Source: a virus (lineage: Duplodnaviria; Heunggongvirae; Uroviricota; Caudoviricetes). From it: DNA of 26,146 bases. Numbering within the stretch: position 1 is the stretch's first letter; the number at the start of each line of letters is the position of its first letter. Positions 8,351 through 17,329 of this stretch are shown here, one piece after another. The translations under genes and the position numbers were made by a program. The stretch lies in IMG/VR virus record IMGVR_UViG_2695420651_000027. One strand, 5' to 3'. The notes beneath the pieces were generated by a model that was not told the DNA's origin, did not search any database, and was given only the letters and a program-made list of their open reading frames with translations.

Positions 8351-8554
8351 TCAGTCCCATAGCTGGACGGTCTGCACGGTGGTGGTTGTCGGAATGTCCG
8401 GCAGCTCCACCTGCAGCCCGTGAGGTAAAAAGGGGCCGTATTCGGCAAGCCCCGGATTTGCCTTCAGTACCTGCTCCGTGACACCCTGCGTGCGCCCGTA
8501 ATGACGCCAGCAAAGTGCGTCCACCGTGTCATACTGATGCGCACGCACTTTCAT
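8351..8554 (-). CDS. X: Tail protein X
   Basis: 67-aa ORF closely matching recalled P2 gpX (YGRT.GV.E.VL.ANPGLAE...LPHG..VELPD). Confidence 0.8.
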   Translation of the reverse strand: MKVRAHQYDTVDALCWRHYGRTQGVTEQVLKANPGLAEYGPFLPHGLQVELPDIPTTTTVQTVQLWD

Positions 8555-9018
8555 CAGATAAGCTCCACTGTGCAGTGCGGCGCATCCTGCACCCGGCTGA
8601 TGGCCCAGCGGGCGTCACGCCATAAATCACCGCTTGCTTCCGCCAGTTCCTCGCCTCGCTTCGCACCGGATGCCGTGGCGTCATAGTCCTGGTAACGTTC
8701 GTTGAGCATGGCGCGTGCCCAGCAGTAAACCGCGTTGAAATAGTGCTGAATGCGCTCGCTTTTGCCGTCCAGTTGTTCCGCCGGGACTTCTGCCAGCGAG
8801 GCATACCCCAGCATCTGCTGGCGTCTGCGAAACTCATACAGCTCTGCGTTGACCTCCGAAATTGCCGACAGCGCAACCTGCTTTAAACGCGGCTGCGTCA
8901 CCGTGCCGTCAGTGCGCATGACACTGCGAAACTCCGACAGGTCCACATCAGGCCAGAACGGCGTATTTCTGATGATTTCCGCCTGTTCCGGTGCCTGTTC
9001 TGGCGCAACAAACTTCAT
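8554..9018 (-). CDS. L: Head completion/stabilisation protein L
   Basis: Start set at Met MKFVAPEQ preceded by GGAGAA RBS; P2 gpL-like. Confidence 0.75.
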   Translation of the reverse strand: MKFVAPEQAPEQAEIIRNTPFWPDVDLSEFRSVMRTDGTVTQPRLKQVALSAISEVNAELYEFRRRQQMLGYASLAEVPAEQLDGKSERIQHYFNAVYCWARAMLNERYQDYDATASGAKRGEELAEASGDLWRDARWAISRVQDAPHCTVELI

Positions 9019-9113
9019 GCTGCTTTCTCCTGAAATAAAGGGCGGTGGACGGGGTTTTGATGTGGCAGTGCCTTTCGCCACCCCGTGCCGCCCGTGCGCG
9101 GGGGCACGTTCTG

Positions 9114-9764
9114 TCAGCGGCTGTCATTGCGCAGTCTGCGCTCCAGCTGCTGTTTGTCTTTTTTCACGCCACAGCGGGGATCGAGCTGTAACGCATGGTT
9201 GAGATGATTAAGGGCGGAAGCCGGATTACTTTCACTCAGGACAGCGCCAATCGCTTTATGCAGACGCGCCCGTGACTGGTCCGGCATATCCAGACCGTCT
9301 GTCAGCTCCAGCGTCTGCAGCAGCAGATCGACATCAAAGCCGGTAGTGGCAAGCATTGCGCTCTGCGCTGCGTCTGCCATTTCCTCTGCCAGCACGGTCT
9401 GCACGTTGCGGTTACCTAGCGGCATCACCCAGCCATGACGCAGGGCATGACGCCCGATCTCCAGCGCTCCGACATAATCTCCGGCATCAATGCGCCACAG
9501 CATCACGTACATCAGCACGTCATCCTGTTGAGCGCCTCCGGCAGCCAGGACACCCTCCGCCCAGGCGGCGTATTTCGGCAGCAGCTCCACCTTGATTTCC
9601 GCTTTTTTGACCGTGGACTGAACGCCCTTGAGACGGCGGCGGTCTTCTGCCAGTTGCAGCAGCATCAGGTCATAGCCCGACGCGTGGCGAACGCTGCCGC
9701 CCTCGCGGGCGGCCTGTTCAGCCTGAACGCGCAGGCGATGCTGCCGTGCGGGACTCAGGCTCAT
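9114..9764 (-). CDS. M: Terminase small (endonuclease) subunit M
   Basis: 216-aa ORF in conserved N-M-L order. Confidence 0.75.
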   Translation of the reverse strand: MSLSPARQHRLRVQAEQAAREGGSVRHASGYDLMLLQLAEDRRRLKGVQSTVKKAEIKVELLPKYAAWAEGVLAAGGAQQDDVLMYVMLWRIDAGDYVGALEIGRHALRHGWVMPLGNRNVQTVLAEEMADAAQSAMLATTGFDVDLLLQTLELTDGLDMPDQSRARLHKAIGAVLSESNPASALNHLNHALQLDPRCGVKKDKQQLERRLRNDSR

Positions 9765-9767
9765 GGT

Positions 9768-10826
9768 TTACGCTCCGGTTTCTGCTGCGGCGGCGCTGAA
9801 GTCGCCAATCTGGATGTTTTCCACCAGTGCGGCGCAGCGGTAGTCCTCAACCACATAGGCTTCGTTAACGGATTCAAAATTTTCAATCCGGTCACGTTTC
9901 GGGTTGTCGATAACCGAACGGCGGCGGGTGTCTTCCTGCCAGTAAATGGACAGGTTATCCAGACGGGTGATCAGCAGCGCATTCGGCGGGAAGAACGGCG
10001 CACGCACGGCCTGCAGGCCACCCATGCGTTTCTGACTGATGATCATATCGGCAGCCAGTTTTTCACTGTTTTCCTGCTCTTTGTTGACCAGCGGGAAATA
10101 CTTGTCAGACAGCAGCTCACGACCGCAAATCACCACCAGATCGTCATCGTCCTGGTAGACCACGTCGATAAGCTCATTGACCGCATCCATCACCACGGCG
10201 TCCAGGTTGGCATATTCGCCACCTTTCCCGACTTTCACCGCACCCGGTGTGGTTTCACCGCCCGTGGTGGTGCTGCCCATGACGTGATCCGGTGCATCCT
10301 CACGGATTTTCTGCAGCCAGCCTTTGTTCACATCCTGCAGCAGCGGGTTTTCGCTACGGTTGGAGGTTTTCGCACGCTTCACGCCGTTAAAGCCGATCAT
10401 GATGCGGTCCAGTGCCTGGCGTTTCACGATGGCGTCACGGATACGCACCTGGAAATCCTGAAACTTCGCCCACAGGTCCAGCTTCGCGTAGGTCAGCACC
10501 GTGTCAAAGTTGGTCTGTTCGCATTTGTATTCCACATCGATCATCAGCGTCGGATCGACAGGTTCACGCTCTTTCGCGGTGGTGTCAGTGGTTCCGGCAA
10601 TGGTGCTGCCAACACCCAATCCAAGCAGCTGACCGGACTGCTCAGTCACTGGCGTGACGTTAATCAGCGTCAGGAAAGCGGCGGACTGCTGGATCTGGTC
10701 TTCCAGCGTCTGCTGCACAGACGGCTCTACGGTGAACTTGCTGGACAGTTCCTCAACTGCCACACCGTTCAGACGCGCCAGTTGCTGCAGGTAAGCGTTA
10801 AAAGCAAAACGGGTATTCTTCTTCAT
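9768..10826 (-). CDS. N: Major capsid protein N
   Basis: 352-aa ORF; P2 gpN-like. Confidence 0.85.
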   Translation of the reverse strand: MKKNTRFAFNAYLQQLARLNGVAVEELSSKFTVEPSVQQTLEDQIQQSAAFLTLINVTPVTEQSGQLLGLGVGSTIAGTTDTTAKEREPVDPTLMIDVEYKCEQTNFDTVLTYAKLDLWAKFQDFQVRIRDAIVKRQALDRIMIGFNGVKRAKTSNRSENPLLQDVNKGWLQKIREDAPDHVMGSTTTGGETTPGAVKVGKGGEYANLDAVVMDAVNELIDVVYQDDDDLVVICGRELLSDKYFPLVNKEQENSEKLAADMIISQKRMGGLQAVRAPFFPPNALLITRLDNLSIYWQEDTRRRSVIDNPKRDRIENFESVNEAYVVEDYRCAALVENIQIGDFSAAAAETGA

Positions 10827-10842
10827 TGGGTTTTATGCTCCA

Positions 10843-11676
10843 TCAGCAATTGGTCAGAGTGTCAGCGGGGGCGTTGCCGCCTGTTGCACGCTGGCGGTAG
10901 TCCTGGCGGCTGTCTTCATGACTCAGCTTATCCACCAGTTCGTTAAAGGCGGTTTGCTGCTCCTGCAGAGCAGTCTCCAGCTCAGACAGGCGTTCTTCCT
11001 GCTCAGACAGGGATTTTTCGGTGCGCGTGCTCAGGTTCTGCTGCTCAGTGGCGACCAGTTCCACGGCCTTATGCACATCAGAGAACCGGACGTCATCGGA
11101 CTGCTCTTTTTTGGTAAACAGCGCCGTGACGCGGGCAAACAGGGACGGCTTGTCCTCCTGGATTTCTTCCAGTTCGATCACCGTTTCCTCTGCAGCGGTA
11201 AAAAGATTGGCAGGATTCTGCTTGCGGTTTGCCAGCGGGTTATGGGCTGCACTGGCGCTGAATGTCAGCATTTCCGTACCCAGACTGGCGGGATCATCAG
11301 TGGCAGCCAGGCCGACCAGGTAGGCTTTGCCCGTATCAGCAAACTTCGGGCTGACTTCCATAGAGGTGAATAATTTCTGGCCTTTTTTCACCAGTTCCAC
11401 CAGGGACTCCGTTGGCTCAACGTCGGCATACAGTGCCATCTTGCCTGCCAGCGGACCTTCCGCGATTTCTTCAGCAAACAGCGCCGTCACCTTGCCGTAG
11501 CGGTTAAACGTGCTGTCCGGCAGATAAGACTTAATGTGCTCAAGGTTAATCAGCGCGGTATACACCGCCGGGTTGTAGCTGGCTGCCATCTGTTCCAGCC
11601 ATTCACGCTGGATTTCGCGTCCGTCGGTAGTGGCACCTTCCACCCCGATGCGAAAACGCTTTGCTTTCACTGTCAT
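10843..11676 (-). CDS. O: Capsid scaffolding protein O
   Basis: 277-aa ORF; FRIGVEG..DGR..INLEH motifs as in P2 gpO; C-terminal ...TNC. Confidence 0.85.
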   Translation of the reverse strand: MTVKAKRFRIGVEGATTDGREIQREWLEQMAASYNPAVYTALINLEHIKSYLPDSTFNRYGKVTALFAEEIAEGPLAGKMALYADVEPTESLVELVKKGQKLFTSMEVSPKFADTGKAYLVGLAATDDPASLGTEMLTFSASAAHNPLANRKQNPANLFTAAEETVIELEEIQEDKPSLFARVTALFTKKEQSDDVRFSDVHKAVELVATEQQNLSTRTEKSLSEQEERLSELETALQEQQTAFNELVDKLSHEDSRQDYRQRATGGNAPADTLTNC

Positions 11677-11754
11677 GAGCCGTGCTCCGTTAGAAAAAAC
11701 TTACTGGAGCCTTATGGTTGCGGTGATGGGGGCAGTGAAACAATGCGCGGTATT

Positions 11755-11772
11755 TGTACCGACAACCACACA
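11755..11772. promoter_or_regulatory. Candidate Ogr-dependent late promoter element (TGT-N12-ACA) in the divergent P / O intergenic region
   Basis: TGT 11755-11757, 12-nt spacer, ACA 11770-11772, in the 142-bp gap between divergent O and P starts. Confidence 0.5.
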
Positions 11773-11818
11773 AACCGCAGGCGGGGAAAGCCTTCATTCA
11801 AGGCTGTAGGTTTGTGCC

Positions 11819-13585
11819 ATGAACACCACACTGACACCCGCAGATCTCGATCCCCGTCGGCAGGCCATGCTGCTGTACTTTCAGGGATACCGCGTAGCCC
11901 GCATTGCTGAAATGCTGGGCGAGAAAGTTGCAACCGTTCACAGCTGGAAAAAACGCGACAAGTGGGGTGACTATGGGCCGCTGGATCAGATGCAGCTCAC
12001 CACCGCCGCCCGCTACTGCCAGCTCATTATGAAGGAGCACAAAGAAGGGAAAGATTTCAAAGAAATTGACCTGCTGGCGCGCCAGTCGGAGCGCCACGCG
12101 CGGATCGGCAAGTTTAACAATGGCGGCAACGAAGCCGACTTAAACCCTAACGTCGCCAACCGCAACAAAGGGCCGCGCCGTCAGCCGGAAAAGAATGTTT
12201 TCACCGATGAACAGATTGAGAAGCTGGAAGAAATCTTCCATTCCTCCATGTTCAACTACCAGCGCCACTGGTGGGAAGCCGGAAAAACCAATCGCATCCG
12301 CAACCTGCTGAAGTCTCGCCAGATCGGCGCGACCTTTTACTTTGCCCGTGAAGCCCTGATTGACGCCCTGCTGACCGGACGTAACCAGATTTTCCTTTCC
12401 GCCAGTAAGGCACAGGCCCACGTCTTTAAGCAGTACATCATCGACTTCGCCAAAGAAGTCGAGGTGGAGCTGAAAGGCGATCCGATGGTGCTTCCTAACG
12501 GGGCCACGCTTTACTTCCTCGGCACCAATGCCCGCACGGCCCAGAGTTACCACGGCAACCTGTATCTGGATGAATATTTCTGGATACCGAAATTCCAGGA
12601 GCTGCGCAAAGTGGCTTCCGGTATGGCTATTCACAAAAAATGGCGACAAACCTATTTTTCCACGCCATCCAGCCTGACACACAGTGCTTATCCGTTCTGG
12701 TCCGGTGCGCTGTTCAACCGAGGGCGCAACAAAGCCGATAAGGTGGACATCGACCTGTCCCACAGCAATCTGGCCCCCGGCCTGCTGTGCGCAGACGGGC
12801 AGTACCGCCAGATAGTCACCGTGGAAGATGCGGTGCGCGGCGGCTGTAACCTGTTCGACCTTGACCAGTTGCGCATGGAGTACAGCCCGGACGAATACCA
12901 GAACCTGCTGATGTGCGAGTTCGTGGACGATCTCGCGTCCGTGTTCCCGCTCAGCGAGCTGCAGGCGTGCATGGTGGACAGTTGGGAAGTCTGGACCGAC
13001 TTTCATGCACTGGCCCTGCGCCCGTTTGGCTGGCGCGAAGTGTGGATCGGATATGACCCGGCGAAAGGTACGCAGAACGGCGACAGCGCCGGATGCGTGG
13101 TGGTGGCGCCGCCAGCCGTGCCGGGCGGTAAGTTCCGCATTCTTGAGCGTCACCAGTGGCGCGGAATGGACTTCCGCGCCCAGGCTGACGCCATCAAAAA
13201 ACTGACCGAACAGTACAACGTGACCTATATCGGTATCGACTCAACCGGCGTTGGTCACGGGGTTTACGAGAACGTGAAAGCGTTTTTTCCTGCCGTCCGG
13301 GAGTTTGTCTACAACCCCAACGTTAAAAACGCCCTGGTACTCAAGGCCTACGACATTATCAGCCACCGCCGTCTGGAGTTTGACGCCGGACACACCGACA
13401 TAGCGCAGTCCTTTATGGCAATCCGTCGCGCCACCACCGCCAGTGGCAACCGCCCGACCTATGAAGCCAGCCGCAGCGAAGAAGCCAGCCACGCCGATCT
13501 GGCCTGGGCAACGATGCACGCACTGTTTAACGAACCGCTGCAGGGCGAATCCGCCAATACCAGCAATATTGTGGAGATTTTTTGA
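11819..13585 (+). CDS. P: Terminase large (ATPase) subunit P
   Basis: 588-aa ORF; N-terminus LTPADLDPRRQAMLLYFQGYRV resembles P2 gpP. Confidence 0.85.
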   Translation: MNTTLTPADLDPRRQAMLLYFQGYRVARIAEMLGEKVATVHSWKKRDKWGDYGPLDQMQLTTAARYCQLIMKEHKEGKDFKEIDLLARQSERHARIGKFNNGGNEADLNPNVANRNKGPRRQPEKNVFTDEQIEKLEEIFHSSMFNYQRHWWEAGKTNRIRNLLKSRQIGATFYFAREALIDALLTGRNQIFLSASKAQAHVFKQYIIDFAKEVEVELKGDPMVLPNGATLYFLGTNARTAQSYHGNLYLDEYFWIPKFQELRKVASGMAIHKKWRQTYFSTPSSLTHSAYPFWSGALFNRGRNKADKVDIDLSHSNLAPGLLCADGQYRQIVTVEDAVRGGCNLFDLDQLRMEYSPDEYQNLLMCEFVDDLASVFPLSELQACMVDSWEVWTDFHALALRPFGWREVWIGYDPAKGTQNGDSAGCVVVAPPAVPGGKFRILERHQWRGMDFRAQADAIKKLTEQYNVTYIGIDSTGVGHGVYENVKAFFPAVREFVYNPNVKNALVLKAYDIISHRRLEFDAGHTDIAQSFMAIRRATTASGNRPTYEASRSEEASHADLAWATMHALFNEPLQGESANTSNIVEIF

Positions 13586-14619
13586 TGGGAAAGAGTAAGA
13601 AGAACCGCGCTGCGGCGACGAAACAGATCCAGCTTAAAAGTCAAACTACAGCCGAAGCATTCAGCTTCGGCGATCCCGTTCCTGTTCTGGACCGCCGAGA
13701 ACTGCTGGATTATGTGGAATGCGTACAGATGGACCGCTGGTATGAGCCGCCCGTCAGCTTTGACGGACTGGCGCGCACCTTCCGCGCTGCCGTGCATCAT
13801 AGTTCCCCGATTGCAGTAAAGTGCAACATTCTGACCAGCACCTACATCCCTCACCCGCTGCTCAGCCAGCAGGCTTTTTCGCGTTTTGTGCAGGACTATC
13901 TGGTTTTTGGTAACGCCTACCTGGAGAAACGCACGAACCGCTTCGGTGAAGTTATCGCCCTTGAGCCTGCACTGGCAAAATACACCCGACGCGGGTTAGA
14001 CCTGGATACCTACTGGTTTGTGCAATACGGTATGACAACCCAGCCGTATCAGTTCACGAAAGGCAGCATTTTTCATCTGATGGAACCGGATATTAATCAG
14101 GAGATCTACGGCCTGCCCGGTTATCTTTCTGCCATTCCGTCAGCCCTGCTCAACGAGTCCGCCACGCTGTTCCGTCGCAAGTATTACATTAACGGCAGTC
14201 ATGCGGGCTTTATCATGTACATGACCGATGCCGCGCAAAACCAGGAGGATGTGAACAACCTCCGCAATGCGATGAAAAGCGCCAAAGGTCCAGGCAACTT
14301 CCGCAACCTGTTTATGTACTCGCCTAACGGCAAAAAAGACGGGCTTCAGATCATCCCATTGTCAGAAGTCGCGGCGAAGGATGAGTTTTTGAATATCAAA
14401 AATGTCAGCCGCGACGACATGATGGCTGCGCACCGCGTGCCGCCGCAAATGATGGGGATTATGCCTAATAATGTTGGAGGGTTTGGGGATGTGGAGAAGG
14501 CCAGTCGCGTATTTGTACGTAATGAATTAACGCCCTTGCAAAAAAGGCTACAAGAGCTGAACGACTGGCTGGGCGAAGAAGTGATTAAATTTACGCCCTA
14601 TATTCTTTCAGAAGAATAA
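13582..14619 (+). CDS. Q: Portal (capsid vertex) protein Q
   Basis: 345-aa ORF, overlaps P stop; P2 gpQ-like. Confidence 0.85.
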   Translation: MMGKSKKNRAAATKQIQLKSQTTAEAFSFGDPVPVLDRRELLDYVECVQMDRWYEPPVSFDGLARTFRAAVHHSSPIAVKCNILTSTYIPHPLLSQQAFSRFVQDYLVFGNAYLEKRTNRFGEVIALEPALAKYTRRGLDLDTYWFVQYGMTTQPYQFTKGSIFHLMEPDINQEIYGLPGYLSAIPSALLNESATLFRRKYYINGSHAGFIMYMTDAAQNQEDVNNLRNAMKSAKGPGNFRNLFMYSPNGKKDGLQIIPLSEVAAKDEFLNIKNVSRDDMMAAHRVPPQMMGIMPNNVGGFGDVEKASRVFVRNELTPLQKRLQELNDWLGEEVIKFTPYILSEE

Positions 14620-14627
14620 TTCCGAAC

Positions 14628-15326
14628 TTATTTGTTTCTTCTTTGTTCACGCCTTGTCTTGGCTTCGATAAGGCGTTGAGGTTCAGTGTAAAGCCGTTCT
14701 AAAAAAAGATAGGTAAAATCTTCAAGATCCTCAGCAGCAGCTTTATCCAAAATACCTTCATGCGCTCCATCATTTCCGTCATCTTTAACGCATTCAGCTA
14801 GTTCCCTTAAAGCTTCAGGCAGTAGATGATTATCAAATAACCACTCCATTCTTAACCCTAGGCTTCTCCTTATTTTTTGCGCAGGCCCTTGCTCCCCATC
14901 AGGAAGAAGTCCTTTTGTGGCATAATCAAGGCAAAGCCTAAACATGGTTGCTGCTGCATTATAACAACCTATAGCCAAACATTTCGCCCCTTCCTCATAT
15001 GCACTATTGATATGCTCAGGTAAGAACTCTGGTGGCTCCTCTACTGCTAAGTCTGCCGGTGATATAGGCCTAACAACCTCTGCAACTTCCTTTAAGCCGA
15101 ATATTCCACTTTCCCAATTATAGCCATCTAAAGTTTTATTTTTCGTTAAAGGTCTGCAAAGAAACATTGTCGTTTTATGACACTCTCGGCAAACACAATA
15201 GACCTCGTACTCGTATGTTTTACCCCCGCCCAATGCATTGTAAACCCTAGTGCAATTCAGCCCATTAACATCAAACGCTATTTTTTGTGATCCACATCGT
15301 GGACAGTCATCCACTAACATAACCAT
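14628..15326 (-). CDS. Hypothetical cargo protein: N-terminal Cys-rich zinc ribbon plus C-terminal DUF4145-like domain; candidate defence gene at the position P2 uses for old/tin
   Basis: 232-aa ORF, GGAGGAG RBS; CPRCG...CVCRECH cysteine cluster; C-terminal motif ...AIGCYNAAATMFRLCLDYA...ELAECVKDDGNDGAHEG recalled as DUF4145-like; AT-rich. Confidence 0.55.
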   Translation of the reverse strand: MVMLVDDCPRCGSQKIAFDVNGLNCTRVYNALGGGKTYEYEVYCVCRECHKTTMFLCRPLTKNKTLDGYNWESGIFGLKEVAEVVRPISPADLAVEEPPEFLPEHINSAYEEGAKCLAIGCYNAAATMFRLCLDYATKGLLPDGEQGPAQKIRRSLGLRMEWLFDNHLLPEALRELAECVKDDGNDGAHEGILDKAAAEDLEDFTYLFLERLYTEPQRLIEAKTRREQRRNK

Positions 15327-15406
15327 GTCAATTACTCCTCCCTATGAAAAAAATGAGTTGAAAAATTGAATATTCACGACTTAAAAAGCTAGGTAATGAC
15401 TCCAAC

Positions 15407-15910
15407 TTATTGATAGTGTTTTATGTTCAGATAATGCCCGATGACTTTGTCATGCAGCTCCACCGATTTTGAGAACGACAGCGACTTCCGTCCCAGCCGT
15501 GCCAGGTGCTGCCTCAGATTCAGGTTATGCCGCTCAATTCGCTGCGTATATCGCTTGCTGATTACGTGCAGCTTTCCCTTCAGGCGGGATTCATACAGCG
15601 GCCAGCCATCCGTCATCCATATCACCACGTCAAAGGGTGACAGCAGGCTCATAAGACGCCCCAGCGTCGCCATAGTGCGTTCACCGAATACGTGCGCAAC
15701 AACCGTCTTCCGGAGCCTGTCATACGCGTAAAACAGCCAGCGCTGGCGCGATTTAGCCCCGACGTATCCCCACTGTTCGTCCATTTCCGCGCAGACGATG
15801 ACGTCACTGCCCGGCTGTATGCGCGAGGTTACCGACTGCGGCCTGAGTTTTTTAAATGGCGGAAAATCGTGTTGAGGCCAACGCCCATAATGCGGGCGGT
15901 TGCCCGGCAT
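15407..15910 (-). CDS. insB: IS1 InsB (expressed as InsAB' transposase by -1 frameshift)
   Basis: 167-aa ORF matching IS1 InsB. Confidence 0.9.
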   Translation of the reverse strand: MPGNRPHYGRWPQHDFPPFKKLRPQSVTSRIQPGSDVIVCAEMDEQWGYVGAKSRQRWLFYAYDRLRKTVVAHVFGERTMATLGRLMSLLSPFDVVIWMTDGWPLYESRLKGKLHVISKRYTQRIERHNLNLRQHLARLGRKSLSFSKSVELHDKVIGHYLNIKHYQ

Positions 15911-16104
15911 CCAACGCCATTCATGGCCATATCAATGATTTTCTGGTGCGTACCGGGTTGAGAAGCGGTGTAAGTGAACTGCAGTTGCCATGTTTTACGG
16001 CAGTGAGAGCAGAGATAGCGCTGATGTCCGGCGGTGCTTTTGCCGTTACGCACCACCCCGTCAGTAGCTGAACAGGAGGGACAGCTGATAGAAACAGAAG
16101 CCAC
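15829..16104 (-). CDS. insA: IS1 InsA
   Basis: 91-aa [26 protein letters not shown]... identical in pattern to IS1 InsA; A6C frameshift motif at about 15847-15853. Confidence 0.9.
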   Translation of the reverse strand: MASVSISCPSCSATDGVVRNGKSTAGHQRYLCSHCRKTWQLQFTYTASQPGTHQKIIDMAMNGVGCRATARIMGVGLNTIFRHLKNSGRSR

Positions 16105-16159
16105 TGGAGCACCTCAAAAACACCATCATACACTAAATCAGTAAGTTGGCAGCATCACC

Positions 16160-16170
16160 NNNNNNNNNNN
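16160..16170. other. Assembly gap (11 N) immediately at the IS1 end
   Basis: N run. Confidence 0.95.
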
Positions 16171-16553
16171 CTTAAGACCGGGTTCGTCCGTTTTAACTAT
16201 TCCCCCGTCACCGTATGTAGCCAGTATTCCTGGGTTTACTCCTTCCCGTGCACTTCCTGCGGCGAGTCCGTCCCCTGTCCATAATTCCATATAGTGTGCA
16301 TGGTCCAAAATTGTGTGTGGCTGCCAATTAAGCAAAGCGCGACCAGTATCAATCCCGCGACTGTCATCCCAGCCACGAATAAATTCACCGCGTAAATCAG
16401 GCAATTTATTGGTCGGGTAAGCCTTTGCCAGTTCCGGGTATTCTTCAGCAGAAAAAGCCGCACCGTTGCATTTCAGCCAGCCTGTTGGCGGAGTGGCGGA
16501 AGGCCACGGAACAGGCACACCAACGGGTAATGCCGAACCTTCTCCCAAACCAA
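16171..16553. repeat. Direct repeat of 1753-2135: tail fibre variable exon A fragment joined to the invertase-proximal crossover site (silent cassette, or alternate-orientation junction)
   Basis: Identity checked over sampled segments at both ends of the two copies with a constant offset of 14418; identity ends exactly after TTCTCCCAAACCAA. Confidence 0.85.
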
Positions 16554-16565
16554 CGTTTATGAAAA
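16540..16565. other. 26-bp invertase crossover site adjacent to the invertase gene (TTCTCCCAAACC AA CGTTTATGAAAA)
   Basis: Quasi-palindromic half-sites around central AA; lies 55 bp upstream of the invertase start, as in gin/cin/hin systems. Confidence 0.7.
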
Positions 16566-16620
16566 TGCAGAGATAACGGCTAACTGGCATCATCTCCGGT
16601 TTTTATTCAGGGGGATGATC

Positions 16621-17187
16621 ATGCTTATTGGCTATGTACGCGTGTCAACAAATGACCAGAACACCGATTTGCAACGTAATGCACTGAACTGCGCGGGATG
16701 TGAGCGGATTTTTGAGGATAAAATCAGTGGCACTAAGTCCGACAGACCGGGGCTGAAAAAGCTGCTCAGGACACTATCGGCAGGAGACACGCTGGTTGTC
16801 TGGAAGCTGGACAGGTTGGGGCGCAGTATGCGGCATCTTGTTACGCTGATAGAGGAGTTGCGCCAGCGTGGTGTGAATTTCCGAAGCCTGACTGACAGTA
16901 TTGATACCAGTACCCCAATGGGCCGTTTCTTTTTTCATGTCATGGGTGCCCTGGCTGAAATGGAACGCGAACTGATAGTTGAACGTACCAGGGCAGGGCT
17001 GGCTGCAGCTCGTGCCAAAGGCAGAGTAGGTGGACGCCGTCCTAAGTTGACCACCGAACAGTGGGCACAGATTGGGCGTTTACTCGAGGCCGGAGAATCA
17101 AGACAGCGTATTGCACTGATTTTTGATGTGGGTGTTTCCACAATTTATAGAAAATTTCCGGCAAATAAGAGTAATGAATCCCCCTGA
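16621..17187 (+). CDS. Site-specific DNA invertase, serine recombinase of the Hin/Gin/Pin/Cin family
   Basis: MLIGYVRVSTNDQNTDLQ (catalytic Ser in the VRVST motif), resolvase fold, C-terminal HTH (GVSTIYRKF); start at second ATG with GGGGG RBS. Confidence 0.9.
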   Translation: MLIGYVRVSTNDQNTDLQRNALNCAGCERIFEDKISGTKSDRPGLKKLLRTLSAGDTLVVWKLDRLGRSMRHLVTLIEELRQRGVNFRSLTDSIDTSTPMGRFFFHVMGALAEMERELIVERTRAGLAAARAKGRVGGRRPKLTTEQWAQIGRLLEAGESRQRIALIFDVGVSTIYRKFPANKSNESP

Positions 17188-17235
17188 ATCAGCATTATTT
17201 TGATTATCCCTGCAAGTAGACAAATACCGTCATTT

Positions 17236-17253
17236 TGTGTGAATAACGGTACA
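17236..17253 (+). promoter_or_regulatory. Candidate Ogr-dependent late promoter element (TGT-N12-ACA) upstream of FI
   Basis: TGT 17236-17238, 12-nt spacer, ACA 17251-17253; centre about 85 nt upstream of the FI ATG, AGGAGG RBS at 17314-17320. Confidence 0.55.
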
Positions 17254-17329
17254 ACTGCGCTTAGCTGTTTGTCAGGCACAATCACTTCAACATAGGGCGA
17301 AGCCTAATCCAATCAGGAGGTTCGCCACT

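Larger units (their letters stand above)
15392..16159 (-). mobile_element. IS1 insertion sequence, complete 768 bp, abutting the N gap
   Basis: Terminal sequences GGTAATGACTCCAACTTATTGATAGTG (15392-) and ...GTAAGTTGGCAGCATCACC (-16159) match IS1 ends; insA/insB inside. Confidence 0.9.

Noticed and set aside
9435-10946. 503-aa ORF on the plus strand
   Set aside because: Lies entirely antisense to the well-supported M and N capsid genes; Arg/Gln/His-rich composition typical of a spurious antisense frame in GC-rich DNA.
12140-13153. 337-aa ORF on the minus strand
   Set aside because: Antisense to the terminase large subunit gene P; no start context and no recognisable family.
1580-16170. Treating the two N runs as biological features, or looking for a CRISPR array among the repeats
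   Set aside because: The N runs are identical 11-nt placeholders at repeat boundaries (scaffold joins); the repeats present are long inverted/direct copies of coding sequence and IS1, not short regularly spaced direct repeats.
16138-16593. 151-aa minus-strand ORF spanning the crossover site and gap
   Set aside because: This is the silent or alternate copy of tail fibre exon A read through the recombination site into invertase-upstream sequence and IS1; not an independent gene.
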